From: an uncultured Pseudomonadota bacterium
GTDB lineage: Bacteria > Myxococcota_A > Polyangia > Fen-1088
Length of the DNA: 64,000 nucleotides
NCBI GenBank assembly: GCA_963847705.1
Contig: CAWKBC010000029.1
Location: 160,001 to 224,000, forward strand
Reading direction: 5' to 3'
Positions 23,883-32,982 of this stretch are shown here, piece after piece. A program made the translations under genes and the position numbers. Within the stretch, counting starts at the first letter, position 1; every line of letters starts with the position of its first letter. The notes under the pieces are model-generated. The model was not told where the DNA came from, did not search any database, and saw only the letters and a list, made by a program, of their open reading frames with translations.

Positions 23883-24457
23883 GAGCGCCGCTCGCGCAGG
23901 ACCACCCGGTCCCCCTCGTTCCGCTCGGACAGCATCACGCGCACCGACTCGCTCGCCGTGGTGTCGACGACCACGCCGACGACGTCGGGCTGAATCGGCA
24001 GCTCGCGCCGGCCGCGATCGACCAGCGTCGCCAGCTTGACCGCGCGCGGACGGCCATAGTCGGCCAGCACGTCCATCGCCGCGCGGATGGTCCGGCCGGT
24101 GAAGAGGACGTCGTCCACCAGGACCACCGTGCGCCCGTCGATCGGCTCGGGGAGCTCGGTGGGGCCGATCTCCGGCTTGGGCAGCCCGCGAAAGACGTCG
24201 TCGCGGTAGAGCGAGATGTCGACCGCGCCCAGCAGCGGCCGCGGCTCGCCCGCCTCGGCCAGCAGGCCGCAGAGGCGCTGGGCCAGGTAGGCGCCGCCGG
24301 TCCGCACACCGACCAGATAGAGCGGCCGCTCCTCCTGGGGGATCCGCTCGGCGAGCTCCAGCGCCATGCGCCGCAGCGTGCGCCCCAGACCGGCGCCGTC
24401 GAGAATCTCACGGCGCTCGAGGAGGTCGCTGTCGGGAGGCGGCAAACGTGGGGTCAT
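23879..24457 (-). CDS. pyrR: Bifunctional pyr regulator / uracil phosphoribosyltransferase PyrR
   Basis: [37 protein letters not shown]. Confidence 0.93.
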   Translation of the reverse strand: MTPRLPPPDSDLLERREILDGAGLGRTLRRMALELAERIPQEERPLYLVGVRTGGAYLAQRLCGLLAEAGEPRPLLGAVDISLYRDDVFRGLPKPEIGPTELPEPIDGRTVVLVDDVLFTGRTIRAAMDVLADYGRPRAVKLATLVDRGRRELPIQPDVVGVVVDTTASESVRVMLSERNEGDRVVLRERRS

Positions 24458-24473
24458 GGATGAAGCTTCCTCA

Positions 24474-25313
24474 TCAGAAGTAATACCGCACGTCGATGGT
24501 GGAGAGCGCGTCCCAGATGCTCCCACCGCCGAGCACGCCGACCGACCAGAGATGCCCCGCGGGCGCCCGCTCGTACAGGACCTGGGCGCCCGCCTGGAGG
24601 CTGATCGAGAGCGCCGGGACACCGATGAACCCGAAGTGCAGCTCTCCCTCGATCGACGCGCGCAGCTGGAACAGCGTCGTGCTGCCGGTGTCGCTCCCGG
24701 CGGGACGGAACCAGACCACCGCCAGCTCGGGGCTGGCCCCGATCGCCAGGTGCTTCCAGTTGGCGAGCAGCAGCGTCATCCCCACGATCGGTCCGACGCC
24801 GAGATAGGTGTCGAGGTCCTGGCCGCCGAGCGAGCCGCCCCCGGTCCCCAGCACCAGGTACCCGTTGAGCGCCACGTTGCGGCTCATCCAGTACCGGGCC
24901 CCGAGCGCCCCGAGGCTCACCGTGCAGGGGGTGGTGGTCAGGTCGGCCGCGCATCCCTGCCCCGGCCGCAGCGCCAGCGGCAGCGGCCCCGGATCCAGAC
25001 GCCGGGCCGTCACGCCGACACGACCGACCACGGCGTCATGATCGGACGCGGCGGGCGTCTCGTCGCTGGTGGGGATTGGCCCCGCGCCGACGGTGGCCTC
25101 CGCGCTGGGCGGCGCGACGGTCGGCGCCGCCACCGCCGCCGGCGGCGCGGGCGGCGCGACGATCGTCTCGGGCGGGGCGACGCCCGCCGCCACGGGTGGC
25201 GTGGTGGGGGCAGCGGTGACCGGCGGCGGCGCCGTCTGCTGCGCGCGCAGCGGCGCGGCGCAGAGAAGCAGGGCCGCGAGCGACCCGAGCCCCACCCGCC
25301 TTGCGCCCGTCAT
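24474..25313 (-). CDS. Putative outer-membrane beta-barrel protein
   Basis: Signal peptide (LRA-QQ), Pro/Ala linker, amphipathic strands, C-terminal VRYYF beta-signal. Confidence 0.75.
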   Translation of the reverse strand: MTGARRVGLGSLAALLLCAAPLRAQQTAPPPVTAAPTTPPVAAGVAPPETIVAPPAPPAAVAAPTVAPPSAEATVGAGPIPTSDETPAASDHDAVVGRVGVTARRLDPGPLPLALRPGQGCAADLTTTPCTVSLGALGARYWMSRNVALNGYLVLGTGGGSLGGQDLDTYLGVGPIVGMTLLLANWKHLAIGASPELAVVWFRPAGSDTGSTTLFQLRASIEGELHFGFIGVPALSISLQAGAQVLYERAPAGHLWSVGVLGGGSIWDALSTIDVRYYF

Positions 25314-25345
25314 CCCCTGCCTTCGGTGCGTCGCCTGCACGCCTC

Positions 25346-26731
25346 TTAGGTTCCGGTCTGCCCGAGGCAGATGCTCGCAGGTTGGGTGCCCGCCGGCGAA
25401 GAGCAGACGAACCCCGGGCGGGTGCACATCAGCGCGCCGGCGTCCGACCCGATCTGGCAGCCGGCGTAGCAGGCGTGCAGCGGAGCGTCGGGGGCGCCAC
25501 GCTGGACGCAGGTGCTGCCGGCGCCGACGCACAGATCGACGGCGGGGGTGCTGGGCCCGGGGTTCGGCGCGCAGCCGAAGGTCTGGCAGTAGCCGCCGGG
25601 GAAGCGCGTGCCGCCGGAGCAGACGCCGCCCAGCATGCAGCCGGAATCCATCGTGCAGGCCGAGCCCGGAACCGCCGCCTTGTCGTAACAGAGCCCGTGG
25701 GTGGCGTCGCAGGTGTCGGAGCCGTTGGCCAGCGCCACGCAGTCCGCGTCGATCCCGCAGCCGCTCACGGCGACGGGGACGAACAGCGTCTGGCATTCGC
25801 CAGCCACCACGTCGTCCGTCGGATCCGAGGGCGTCCCGTTGTTGTTCTGCACCAGGCGCGTGCACATCTGATCCGGACCGCAGTCGCTGTTGACCGCGCA
25901 GACCGACGAGCAGTAGGTCCGGTTCGTGAGGCCGTTGAGCCTGAACTGGCGGTCGAAGCAGGCGCCGCTGAGGCAGTCGGCGTTGCTGGAGCACGCCTGT
26001 CCGACCGTCTTGATGCCGCCCGCCGGCAAGGCCTTGCAGACGGTCAGCGCCGTGCGCGCCCCGTAGGGCACACACCCCTGAGGAGCTCCGCCATCGGCCT
26101 GCTTCGACTGGCAGTCGCTCTCGCGCGCGCAGGAGGTGGCCGCGATCTTCGACGAGGGCGTGCAATACCCGACCTTGGCGGTCGAGCCGTCGGGGGCGGG
26201 CACGGTGGTGTACTCGAGGCAGCTGGACGCCGTGGGGCAGTCGGCGTCGTTGCGGCACATGGTGCTGCAGAACGAGCCGGGGACATCGGGAGAGGTGACG
26301 CAGAGCGAGTCGTCCGCACAGTGCATCCCTGCCGTACTGGTCGAGCAGGGAGCCCCGTAGGCCAGCGCGCCCGAGGCCGGCGCCACGCAGGTGAGCTGGA
26401 AGGCGTTCCCGGCCGGGACCGGCGCGCCGACGATGCAGACGCGGCCGCTGTTGCAGATCGAATCGGCGCCCGACGTCGCGTAGGCATTCGAGGGCAGCGA
26501 GCTGGTGGTCTGGAGCGTGCCGCAGAAGTTGATCGGACAGACGCCGCCGCCCATGGCGTCGGCCGCGCAGTAGTAGTCAACCGCCTGCGCGTCCCGCTGG
26601 GGCGGCGAGAAGTCCATGCCGGCGTCGTGGGGCCGGCTGCCGGCCGCGGGACTGGAACAACCGAAAAGCGCGGTCGAGGCCAGGAGCGGCACGAGCAGAA
26701 GGGACGGCACCGCAAGCGAAGTGGTCTTCAT
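25346..26731 (-). CDS. Cysteine-rich lipoprotein
   Basis: Lipobox LFGC, repeated C..D.DC / C...C modules, PGGYC. Confidence 0.8.
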   Translation of the reverse strand: MKTTSLAVPSLLLVPLLASTALFGCSSPAAGSRPHDAGMDFSPPQRDAQAVDYYCAADAMGGGVCPINFCGTLQTTSSLPSNAYATSGADSICNSGRVCIVGAPVPAGNAFQLTCVAPASGALAYGAPCSTSTAGMHCADDSLCVTSPDVPGSFCSTMCRNDADCPTASSCLEYTTVPAPDGSTAKVGYCTPSSKIAATSCARESDCQSKQADGGAPQGCVPYGARTALTVCKALPAGGIKTVGQACSSNADCLSGACFDRQFRLNGLTNRTYCSSVCAVNSDCGPDQMCTRLVQNNNGTPSDPTDDVVAGECQTLFVPVAVSGCGIDADCVALANGSDTCDATHGLCYDKAAVPGSACTMDSGCMLGGVCSGGTRFPGGYCQTFGCAPNPGPSTPAVDLCVGAGSTCVQRGAPDAPLHACYAGCQIGSDAGALMCTRPGFVCSSPAGTQPASICLGQTGT

Positions 26732-26780
26732 AAGGTCGCGCGACGATTATGCCAGCTTCCCGTGTAATGATGAAGCCGTC

Positions 26781-27527
26781 GTGCTCGCCGACCCCACCGC
26801 CGCGATCCTGGTCATCGGGAACGAGATCCTCTCGGGAAAAGTCGCCGACGAAAACGCCCGCTATCTGATCGGCGAGCTGCGCCGGCTGGGCGTCTCGCTC
26901 CGCCGCATCGAGGTCATCCCCGACGTGGTCGCCGAGATCGCGGCGCGGGTGCGCGCGCTCGCCGGCACCGTCGACCACCTGTTCACCTCGGGGGGCGTGG
27001 GGCCGACCCACGACGACGTGACGCTGGAGGCGGTGGGAGAGGCGTTCGGCATGCCGATCGCGCGCAACGCGGAGCTCGAACGGATGCTGCGGAACGGCTA
27101 CGGCCCGCGCCTGCAGGAGCGCGACCTGCGCATGGCCGACATCCCCGTGGGCGCCCGCCTCGAGCATGGACCCGACGCCCTCGGCGCGACCTGGCCGGTG
27201 GTGGTGGTCCGCAACGTCTGGATACTCCCCGGCGTGCCGTCGATCTTCCGGCGCAAGTTCGAGGCCGTGCGCGAGCTCTTCCGGGCGCCGCCGATTCACG
27301 GGCGGGCGCTCTACTCGCGGGCGGGCGAAGGCGAGATCGCCGGCGCGCTCGACGAGACGGTCGCCCAGTTCGGGGCCGCGGGGGTGGAGGTCGGCTCCTA
27401 CCCGCACCTCGACGCCGCCGATTACCGCGTGAAGATCACCCTCGACGGGCGCGACCCGGCCGCCGTGGACGGCGCGCTGGCCTTCCTGGCCGAGCGCCTG
27501 GGAGACGCCGTCGCAAAGACTGAGTGA
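26781..27527 (+). CDS. CinA-like molybdopterin-binding-domain protein
   Basis: IGNEILSGK..D.N, TSGGVGPTHDDVT, LPGVP, GSYP. Confidence 0.88.
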   Translation: MLADPTAAILVIGNEILSGKVADENARYLIGELRRLGVSLRRIEVIPDVVAEIAARVRALAGTVDHLFTSGGVGPTHDDVTLEAVGEAFGMPIARNAELERMLRNGYGPRLQERDLRMADIPVGARLEHGPDALGATWPVVVVRNVWILPGVPSIFRRKFEAVRELFRAPPIHGRALYSRAGEGEIAGALDETVAQFGAAGVEVGSYPHLDAADYRVKITLDGRDPAAVDGALAFLAERLGDAVAKTE

Positions 27528-27555
27528 CCTTCCGGCTGCGTGGTAAAAGTCGGCC

Positions 27556-28830
27556 ATGGCTGATGTCCCCCCCGGCGTGAAAGGGATGAACGACGTCCTT
27601 CCGCCGGACGTCTCGAAGTGGCAGTTCGTCGAGGAGAAGGCGCGCGGCGTCCTGGAAGCGTTCGCCTACCGGGAGCTGCGGACGCCCGTCCTCGAGTACA
27701 CGCCGCTCTTCGTCCGCTCGGTCGGCGAGGTGACCGACGTGGTCGAGAAGCAGATGTACACCTTCGACGACCGCGACGGCCGCTCGGTCAGCCTGCGCCC
27801 CGAGGGGACCGCCTCCGCCGTGCGGGCTTACATCGAGAACGCGCAGTGGAACCGCGAGCCGGTCACCCGCTGGTACTACCTCGGCCCCATGTTCCGGCAC
27901 GAGCGGGCCCAGCGCGGCCGGCTGCGCCAGTTCCACCAGATCGGGGCCGAGTGGTTCGGCGTCAACGAGCCGTCGGCCGACGCCGAGACGATCGCCATGC
28001 TGGCCACGATGATCGAGGAGATTGGCATCCCGGCCGGCGCGCTGGAGGTGAGCCTCAACTCGCTGGGCGAGCCCGAGGAGCGGGCCGCCTACCGGGAGGC
28101 GCTGGTGGCCTTCTACCGCGGCCACCTCGAGGTCCTGGACGAGGAGGCCCGGCGCCGCCTGGAGACCAACCCGTTGCGGATCCTCGACTCGAAGAGCCCC
28201 GACATCGTCGCCCTCAACGCCAGCGCGCCCGTGCTGCTGGAGACGCTCAGCCCCGGCTCACAGGCCCGGTTCGCCAAGGTGCGCGAGCTGCTCACGGCGC
28301 TGGGCGTGCGCCACACGCTGGACCAGCGCCTGGTGCGCGGCCTCGACTACTACACGGCCACGATCTTCGAGATCAAGACGACCGCCGGCGAGCTGGGGGC
28401 GCAGAACACCATCTGCGGCGGCGGCCGCTACGACGGCCTGGTCGCCTCGCTGGGGGGGCCGAAGACGCCCGCCATCGGGTTCGCGCTCGGCGTCGAGCGG
28501 ACGCTCCTCGCCCTGACCCAGCCCGCCGACAGCTACGAGCGTCCGGTGAACGCTTTCTTTGCCTCGATGGACGAGGCCTCGCTCGCCTATGCCCTCCCGC
28601 TGGCCCACCGCCTTCGCGCAGCCGGGATCAGCGTCGAGATCGAGCACCGGGGCGGCAAGGTGGGAACCCAGCTCAAGCGCGCGGACAAGCTGCGGGCGCG
28701 GGTGGCCGTCATCATCGGCGGCAACGAGGTCGCCTCCGGCAACCTCACGGTCAAGGACCTCGCCAGGAGCACCCAGTTCACGGTCGCTGCGGCGGACCTC
28801 GAAGCGAAGATCCGCCAGCTCCTGGACTGA
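27556..28830 (+). CDS. hisS: Histidyl-tRNA synthetase
   Basis: KGMND, LRPEGTA, GPMFRHER.QRGR.RQFHQ, LVRGLDYY, GGGRYD. Confidence 0.97.
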   Translation: MADVPPGVKGMNDVLPPDVSKWQFVEEKARGVLEAFAYRELRTPVLEYTPLFVRSVGEVTDVVEKQMYTFDDRDGRSVSLRPEGTASAVRAYIENAQWNREPVTRWYYLGPMFRHERAQRGRLRQFHQIGAEWFGVNEPSADAETIAMLATMIEEIGIPAGALEVSLNSLGEPEERAAYREALVAFYRGHLEVLDEEARRRLETNPLRILDSKSPDIVALNASAPVLLETLSPGSQARFAKVRELLTALGVRHTLDQRLVRGLDYYTATIFEIKTTAGELGAQNTICGGGRYDGLVASLGGPKTPAIGFALGVERTLLALTQPADSYERPVNAFFASMDEASLAYALPLAHRLRAAGISVEIEHRGGKVGTQLKRADKLRARVAVIIGGNEVASGNLTVKDLARSTQFTVAAADLEAKIRQLLD

Positions 28831-29275
28831 CGGCAAAGGCCAACGGCGACGGTGACGCTCGGCTGGTCGGGGCCTGCTTCGGGGCGGGGAGTTGCCTGGC
28901 GGGGAACGCGGCCTAACTGACCGGCGGACCGGTCACGTGGCCGCTCCTCTTCGCGCTGGCATCCTCGCCGCGGACGGCGAGGAGCGCGCTCCCAGGTCCC
29001 CGCCAGACAACTCCCCGCCCCTCGCCCACCCCCTCCCACAATCCACACCGCCCCCATCGGGCAGGCGGCAAGGAACAGACCTCATCAGAGACTTTAAGAA
29101 TCGTCCGGAGGTACCAGGAACACTTGACCCCGGGCACCCTCGGAAGCAGCCCATTTTGGGGACAGGGGCCGGCAAAACGAAAAAGGACCCGTCTGGGCCC
29201 TCGGTAGAAACGAAAAAAGGGCCCGTCTGGGCCCAGGTTGATCGGAGGCGGGCTTTGCCCGCCGGAGACTTATGT

Positions 29276-29496
29276 GCCGAGCAAGATCTGGGTTCGGCTC
29301 TCGTCGCGATCCCGGGGTGGGCCCGCGCAGCGAGCGAAGCGAGCGTAAGGGATGGCGCCCCCGGTTGCCCGGGGGCGCCGTCCACCCCAACACGACCGAG
29401 GAACCACCCTCGTGTCGCGTGGCCCCCGCCGGGTTTGTGAGCCCGGCAGGCACCATCTTTTTGCGCGAGGGCCCCGGCTGAACCCGGGACCCTCGC
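29276..29496. other. Cluster of stable hairpins in the hisS/amt convergent spacer (REP-like element, sRNA or terminators)
   Basis: ggggtgg..ccacccc enclosing gatggcgcccccgg/ccgggggcgccgtc; gccggg/cccggc followed by a T-run; gcgagggccccgg/cccgggaccctcgc. Confidence 0.5.
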
Positions 29497-29512
29497 TTGA
29501 AACGCCGTGCCT

Positions 29513-31048
29513 TTAGGTCGCCGGGCTGGGGACAACTGCCCGCGCCGTCGCGGTGCCAGTCGCCTCTTCCGGAAGAACGAACCCGTGCGACGAACCCACG
29601 AGCTCCGGGTAGGCGCCGCCACCGTGCTCGTGGAGGTCCATTCCTTCGAGCTCGCCCTCTTTCGAGATGCGGAGGCCGACGGTGATCTTGACGAAGTACA
29701 TCATGAGCAGCGAACCGACGAAGGTCGCGCCGCCGATGGCCGCGCTGCCGATCGCCTGTCCGATGAGCTGGTTGACGCCACCGCCGTAGAAGAGGCCGGT
29801 GACGACCGAGGCCGCCGAGTTGTCGGCCCCCGTCGGCGTCGGCGCGCCGTACTGACCGGTCGCGAAGAGGCCGAGCGAGAGCGTGCCCCAGATGCCAGCG
29901 GCGCCGTGGACGGCAACCGCGCCAACCGGATCGTCGATCCGGAGGTACTCCAGCAGGTCGACGCAGAGGGCGCAGACCGGGCCGGCGATGGCGCCCAGCA
30001 CGATGGCGCCGAAGGGCGACACCCAGTAGCAGGGGCAGGTGATGGCCACCAGGCCGGCGAGGAAGCCGTTGATGGTCATGCCGCAGTCCCACACCTTGTT
30101 CTTCGGGTACATCCAGAACATGGCGCCCAGACCACCGGCACAGGCGGCCAGCGTGGTGTTGGCGGCAACGCGCCCGATGCCGGCCGCGTCCATGGCGGAC
30201 AGGGTCGAGCCCGGGTTGAAGCCGTACCAGCCGAACCAGAGGATGACGCCGCCAACGGCCGCGATGGTCATGTCGTGGCCGGGCATCGCCCCGCCGCCGT
30301 CGCGCTTGAACTTACGTCCCAGGCGCGGTCCGAGGACGATGGCGCCCGCGAGCGACACCATGCCGCCGATCGTGTGGACGACCGTCGAGCCGGCGAAGTC
30401 GTGGAAGGCGGCCGGGTGGATGGTGTTCAACCAGCCGTCCGGACCCCAGGCCCAGTGGCCGAAGATCGGGTAGATGAAGCCCGAGACGAAGAATGAGTAC
30501 ACGAGGTCGCCCACGAACCCGGTGCGGCCGATCATGGCGCCCGAGGTGACCGTCGAGCAGGTGTCGGCGAAGGCGTACTGGAAGAGGAAGAACGCCAGGA
30601 TGGACACGCCGGTGGACCCGTAGGTGTCGGGCGCGCCATGCAGGAAGAAGTACTGGTGGCCGATGAAGCCGTTGCCCGCGCCGAACATGAACGCGAAGCC
30701 GAAGGCCCAGAAGAGCAGCCCGCAGAGGCAGGTGTCGACGATCCCCTCGAGGAGGACGTTCACCGTCTCACGCGTCCGGGCGAACCCGGCCTCGAGGAAC
30801 ATGAACCCGGCTTGCATGAAGAACACGAGGAATGCCGTCACCAGCACCCACATGTTGTTGATCGGGTTGACGTAGAGGGGCACGGGAGCCGCGGCGTCGT
30901 CCGCCAAGGCCTTGTGCCCGAAGTAGTGCGGAACTCCCGCAATGATCAGAAAGAGGAGCGCGAGCCCCAGCGCCTTGCCACCGAGGAGGGCGTAGAAAAC
31001 ACGCCTTCGCTCAGAGGTCTTCATCCCGTCCATGAACCGTTTGATCAC
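29513..31048 (-). CDS. amtB: Ammonium transporter (Amt family)
   Basis: FFMQAGF..LEAG, HWAWG..GWL, DFAGSTVVH, LWFGWYGFNPGS, DDPVGAVAVHG. GTG at 31048 follows an AGGAGG RBS. Confidence 0.95.
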   Translation of the reverse strand: MIKRFMDGMKTSERRRVFYALLGGKALGLALLFLIIAGVPHYFGHKALADDAAAPVPLYVNPINNMWVLVTAFLVFFMQAGFMFLEAGFARTRETVNVLLEGIVDTCLCGLLFWAFGFAFMFGAGNGFIGHQYFFLHGAPDTYGSTGVSILAFFLFQYAFADTCSTVTSGAMIGRTGFVGDLVYSFFVSGFIYPIFGHWAWGPDGWLNTIHPAAFHDFAGSTVVHTIGGMVSLAGAIVLGPRLGRKFKRDGGGAMPGHDMTIAAVGGVILWFGWYGFNPGSTLSAMDAAGIGRVAANTTLAACAGGLGAMFWMYPKNKVWDCGMTINGFLAGLVAITCPCYWVSPFGAIVLGAIAGPVCALCVDLLEYLRIDDPVGAVAVHGAAGIWGTLSLGLFATGQYGAPTPTGADNSAASVVTGLFYGGGVNQLIGQAIGSAAIGGATFVGSLLMMYFVKITVGLRISKEGELEGMDLHEHGGGAYPELVGSSHGFVLPEEATGTATARAVVPSPAT

Positions 31049-31245
31049 GATGTCCCTCCTAGTTTTCTCGACGCCATCTGGGCGCCTGGGGGACATCATG
31101 GCGGCTTTGCATTTCGCAATTATTTCCAGATGTACCTAGTTCCGTAACTACAGCAACTTACGGCGACACACCTTGTTAACATCCGCCGACACCTGCAATT
31201 CGCAGCCGCAGGACCCGCGAAATGCAAAACCGCGGGTGGCGATTT

Positions 31246-32463
31246 TCAAGCCTTGTCGAGGTCGAAACCGTCGTGCAACGCGCGGACGGCCAGCTCGGCG
31301 TACTTGGCCTCAATCACACAGGAAATCTTGATCTCGGAGGTCGAGATCAGGTGCACGGTGATGTTCTCGCGCGCGAGGATCTCGAACATCTTCAGCGCCA
31401 CGCCGGCGTGCGACCGCATACCGACGCCGACCACCGAAACCTTGGAGAGATTCGTCTCCGTCTTGATCTGATCGGCCGGACAAAGATGTCCGCACTGCTT
31501 GACCAAGAGCTCCTTGGCGCGCGCCATGTCGGCGGACGGCAGCGTGAAGGTCAGGTTGGTGCGCCCGTTTTCGACGTAGGCCTGGACGATCACGTCGACC
31601 ACGATCCCGGCGGCCGCCAGGGGGCGAAACACCATCGCCTGGATGCCCGGCTGGTCGGAGATCCCGTGCAGCGTGATCTTGGCTTCGTCGCGCGAGGCGG
31701 TGACGCCGGAGACCATGATCGATTCCATCGCTTTTTCTTCCGGCACGACCCACGTCCCTTCGTTGTCGTTGAAGCTCGAGCGCACGTGAATCGGGACGCC
31801 GAACTTCATCCCGAACTCGACCGAGCGAATCTGCAGAACCTTGGCCCCCAGCGAGGCCAGCTCCAGCATCTCTTCGTAGCTGATGCGGCCGACCTTGCGC
31901 GCGGTGGGGACGACGTTGGGATCGGCGGTGTAGACGCCGTCCACGTCGGTGTAGATCTCGCACACGTCGGCCTTGAGCGCGGCCGCGATGGCCACCCCCG
32001 AGGTGTCCGAACCGCCCCGCCCCAGCGTGGTGATGTTGCCGCTCCGATCGACCCCCTGGAACCCGGCCACGACCGCGATCTTGCCGTCCTTGAGCGCGTC
32101 GGTGATGGCGCGCGCGTCGATCTCCTGGATGCGCGCGCGGGCGAAGGCGCTGTCGGTGAGGATGCGGACCTGATGCCCGAGGAGCGAGACCGCCTTCCCC
32201 CCTTCGGCCTGGATGGCCAGCGCGACCAGCCCGACGCTCACCTGCTCGCCGGTCGAGGCGATGACGTCCAGCTCCCGCTCGTCGGGGACCTCGGCCAGCT
32301 GCTTGGCCAGGCCCAGCAGGCGGTTGGTCTCGCCCGACATCGCCGAGACGATCACCACCACGTCGTGTCCCTGGCGCTGCGTGGCCAGGCAACGGCGCGC
32401 CACCGCGCGCATCCGGTCGATGGTGCCGACTGAGGTCCCGCCGTATTTCTGAACGATGAGCAA
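31246..32463 (-). CDS. lysC: Aspartokinase
   Basis: [34 protein letters not shown], two ACT domains, STSEIKIS. Confidence 0.96.
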   Translation of the reverse strand: MLIVQKYGGTSVGTIDRMRAVARRCLATQRQGHDVVVIVSAMSGETNRLLGLAKQLAEVPDERELDVIASTGEQVSVGLVALAIQAEGGKAVSLLGHQVRILTDSAFARARIQEIDARAITDALKDGKIAVVAGFQGVDRSGNITTLGRGGSDTSGVAIAAALKADVCEIYTDVDGVYTADPNVVPTARKVGRISYEEMLELASLGAKVLQIRSVEFGMKFGVPIHVRSSFNDNEGTWVVPEEKAMESIMVSGVTASRDEAKITLHGISDQPGIQAMVFRPLAAAGIVVDVIVQAYVENGRTNLTFTLPSADMARAKELLVKQCGHLCPADQIKTETNLSKVSVVGVGMRSHAGVALKMFEILARENITVHLISTSEIKISCVIEAKYAELAVRALHDGFDLDKA

Positions 32464-32505
32464 GGCGCGACAATTTCCACTCCCCGGGCCGCCTCGTCAA
32501 GAGTT

Positions 32506-32618
32506 GTGGGGACCCTGGGAGGTCCCCACGCCCCCCCGACGGACTCCGCGGGGCCCGGGGTCCCCGCGCAGGTCCGCCTCCCGGGGGGTGGATGGAAGCC
32601 CGGCTCCGTCCACGCGAT
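32506..32618. repeat. Dispersed hairpin repeat, copy 2
   Basis: gtggggacc..ggtccccac, then acggactccgcg...gctccgtccacgcgat. Confidence 0.75.
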
Positions 32619-32643
32619 CGTGTCCTTATGGTAAACCTCGGCC

Positions 32644-32982
32644 GTGGCTGAAGCGCTGGAGATTCACGTGACGATGCCGGACGTCGAACAGGCGCAGAAA
32701 CTGGCGCGGGCGCTGGTCGACGAGGAGCTGGCCGCCTGCGTGAACATCGTGCCGGGCGTTCGGTCGATCTACCGCTTCGAGGACAAGGTCCACGAGGAGG
32801 ACGAGGTGCTCTGTCTGATGAAGACGCACCCCGCGCTGTTCGAGCGGCTGCGCGATCGGATCCTGGAGTTGCACTCCTACGACGTCCCCGAGATCCTCGC
32901 CTTCAAGGTCCACGACAGCAGCAAGGCCTACATCGACTGGCTGCACGGCTCGGTGGCCGTCACGGAAAGGGGCTCGGAATGA
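32644..32982 (+). CDS. cutA: Divalent-cation tolerance protein CutA
   Basis: LAACVNI.PG..SIY, HSYDVPEI. Confidence 0.93.
   Translation: MAEALEIHVTMPDVEQAQKLARALVDEELAACVNIVPGVRSIYRFEDKVHEEDEVLCLMKTHPALFERLRDRILELHSYDVPEILAFKVHDSSKAYIDWLHGSVAVTERGSE

Noticed and set aside
28830-28920. c-di-GMP-I riboswitch-like GGCAAA...GACGC
   Set aside because: Lacks the paired P2 stem with GNRA loop and the GCAAA(G/A)C continuation, and there is no downstream gene on that strand
29272-29481. 69-aa ORF with a GGAG upstream
   Set aside because: Runs through GC hairpins with low-complexity Arg/Gly/Pro composition and no recognisable domain
31095-31135. Sigma54 promoter for amt
   Set aside because: TGG...TTGC-like motifs on either strand lack the required 10-bp spacing between GG and GC
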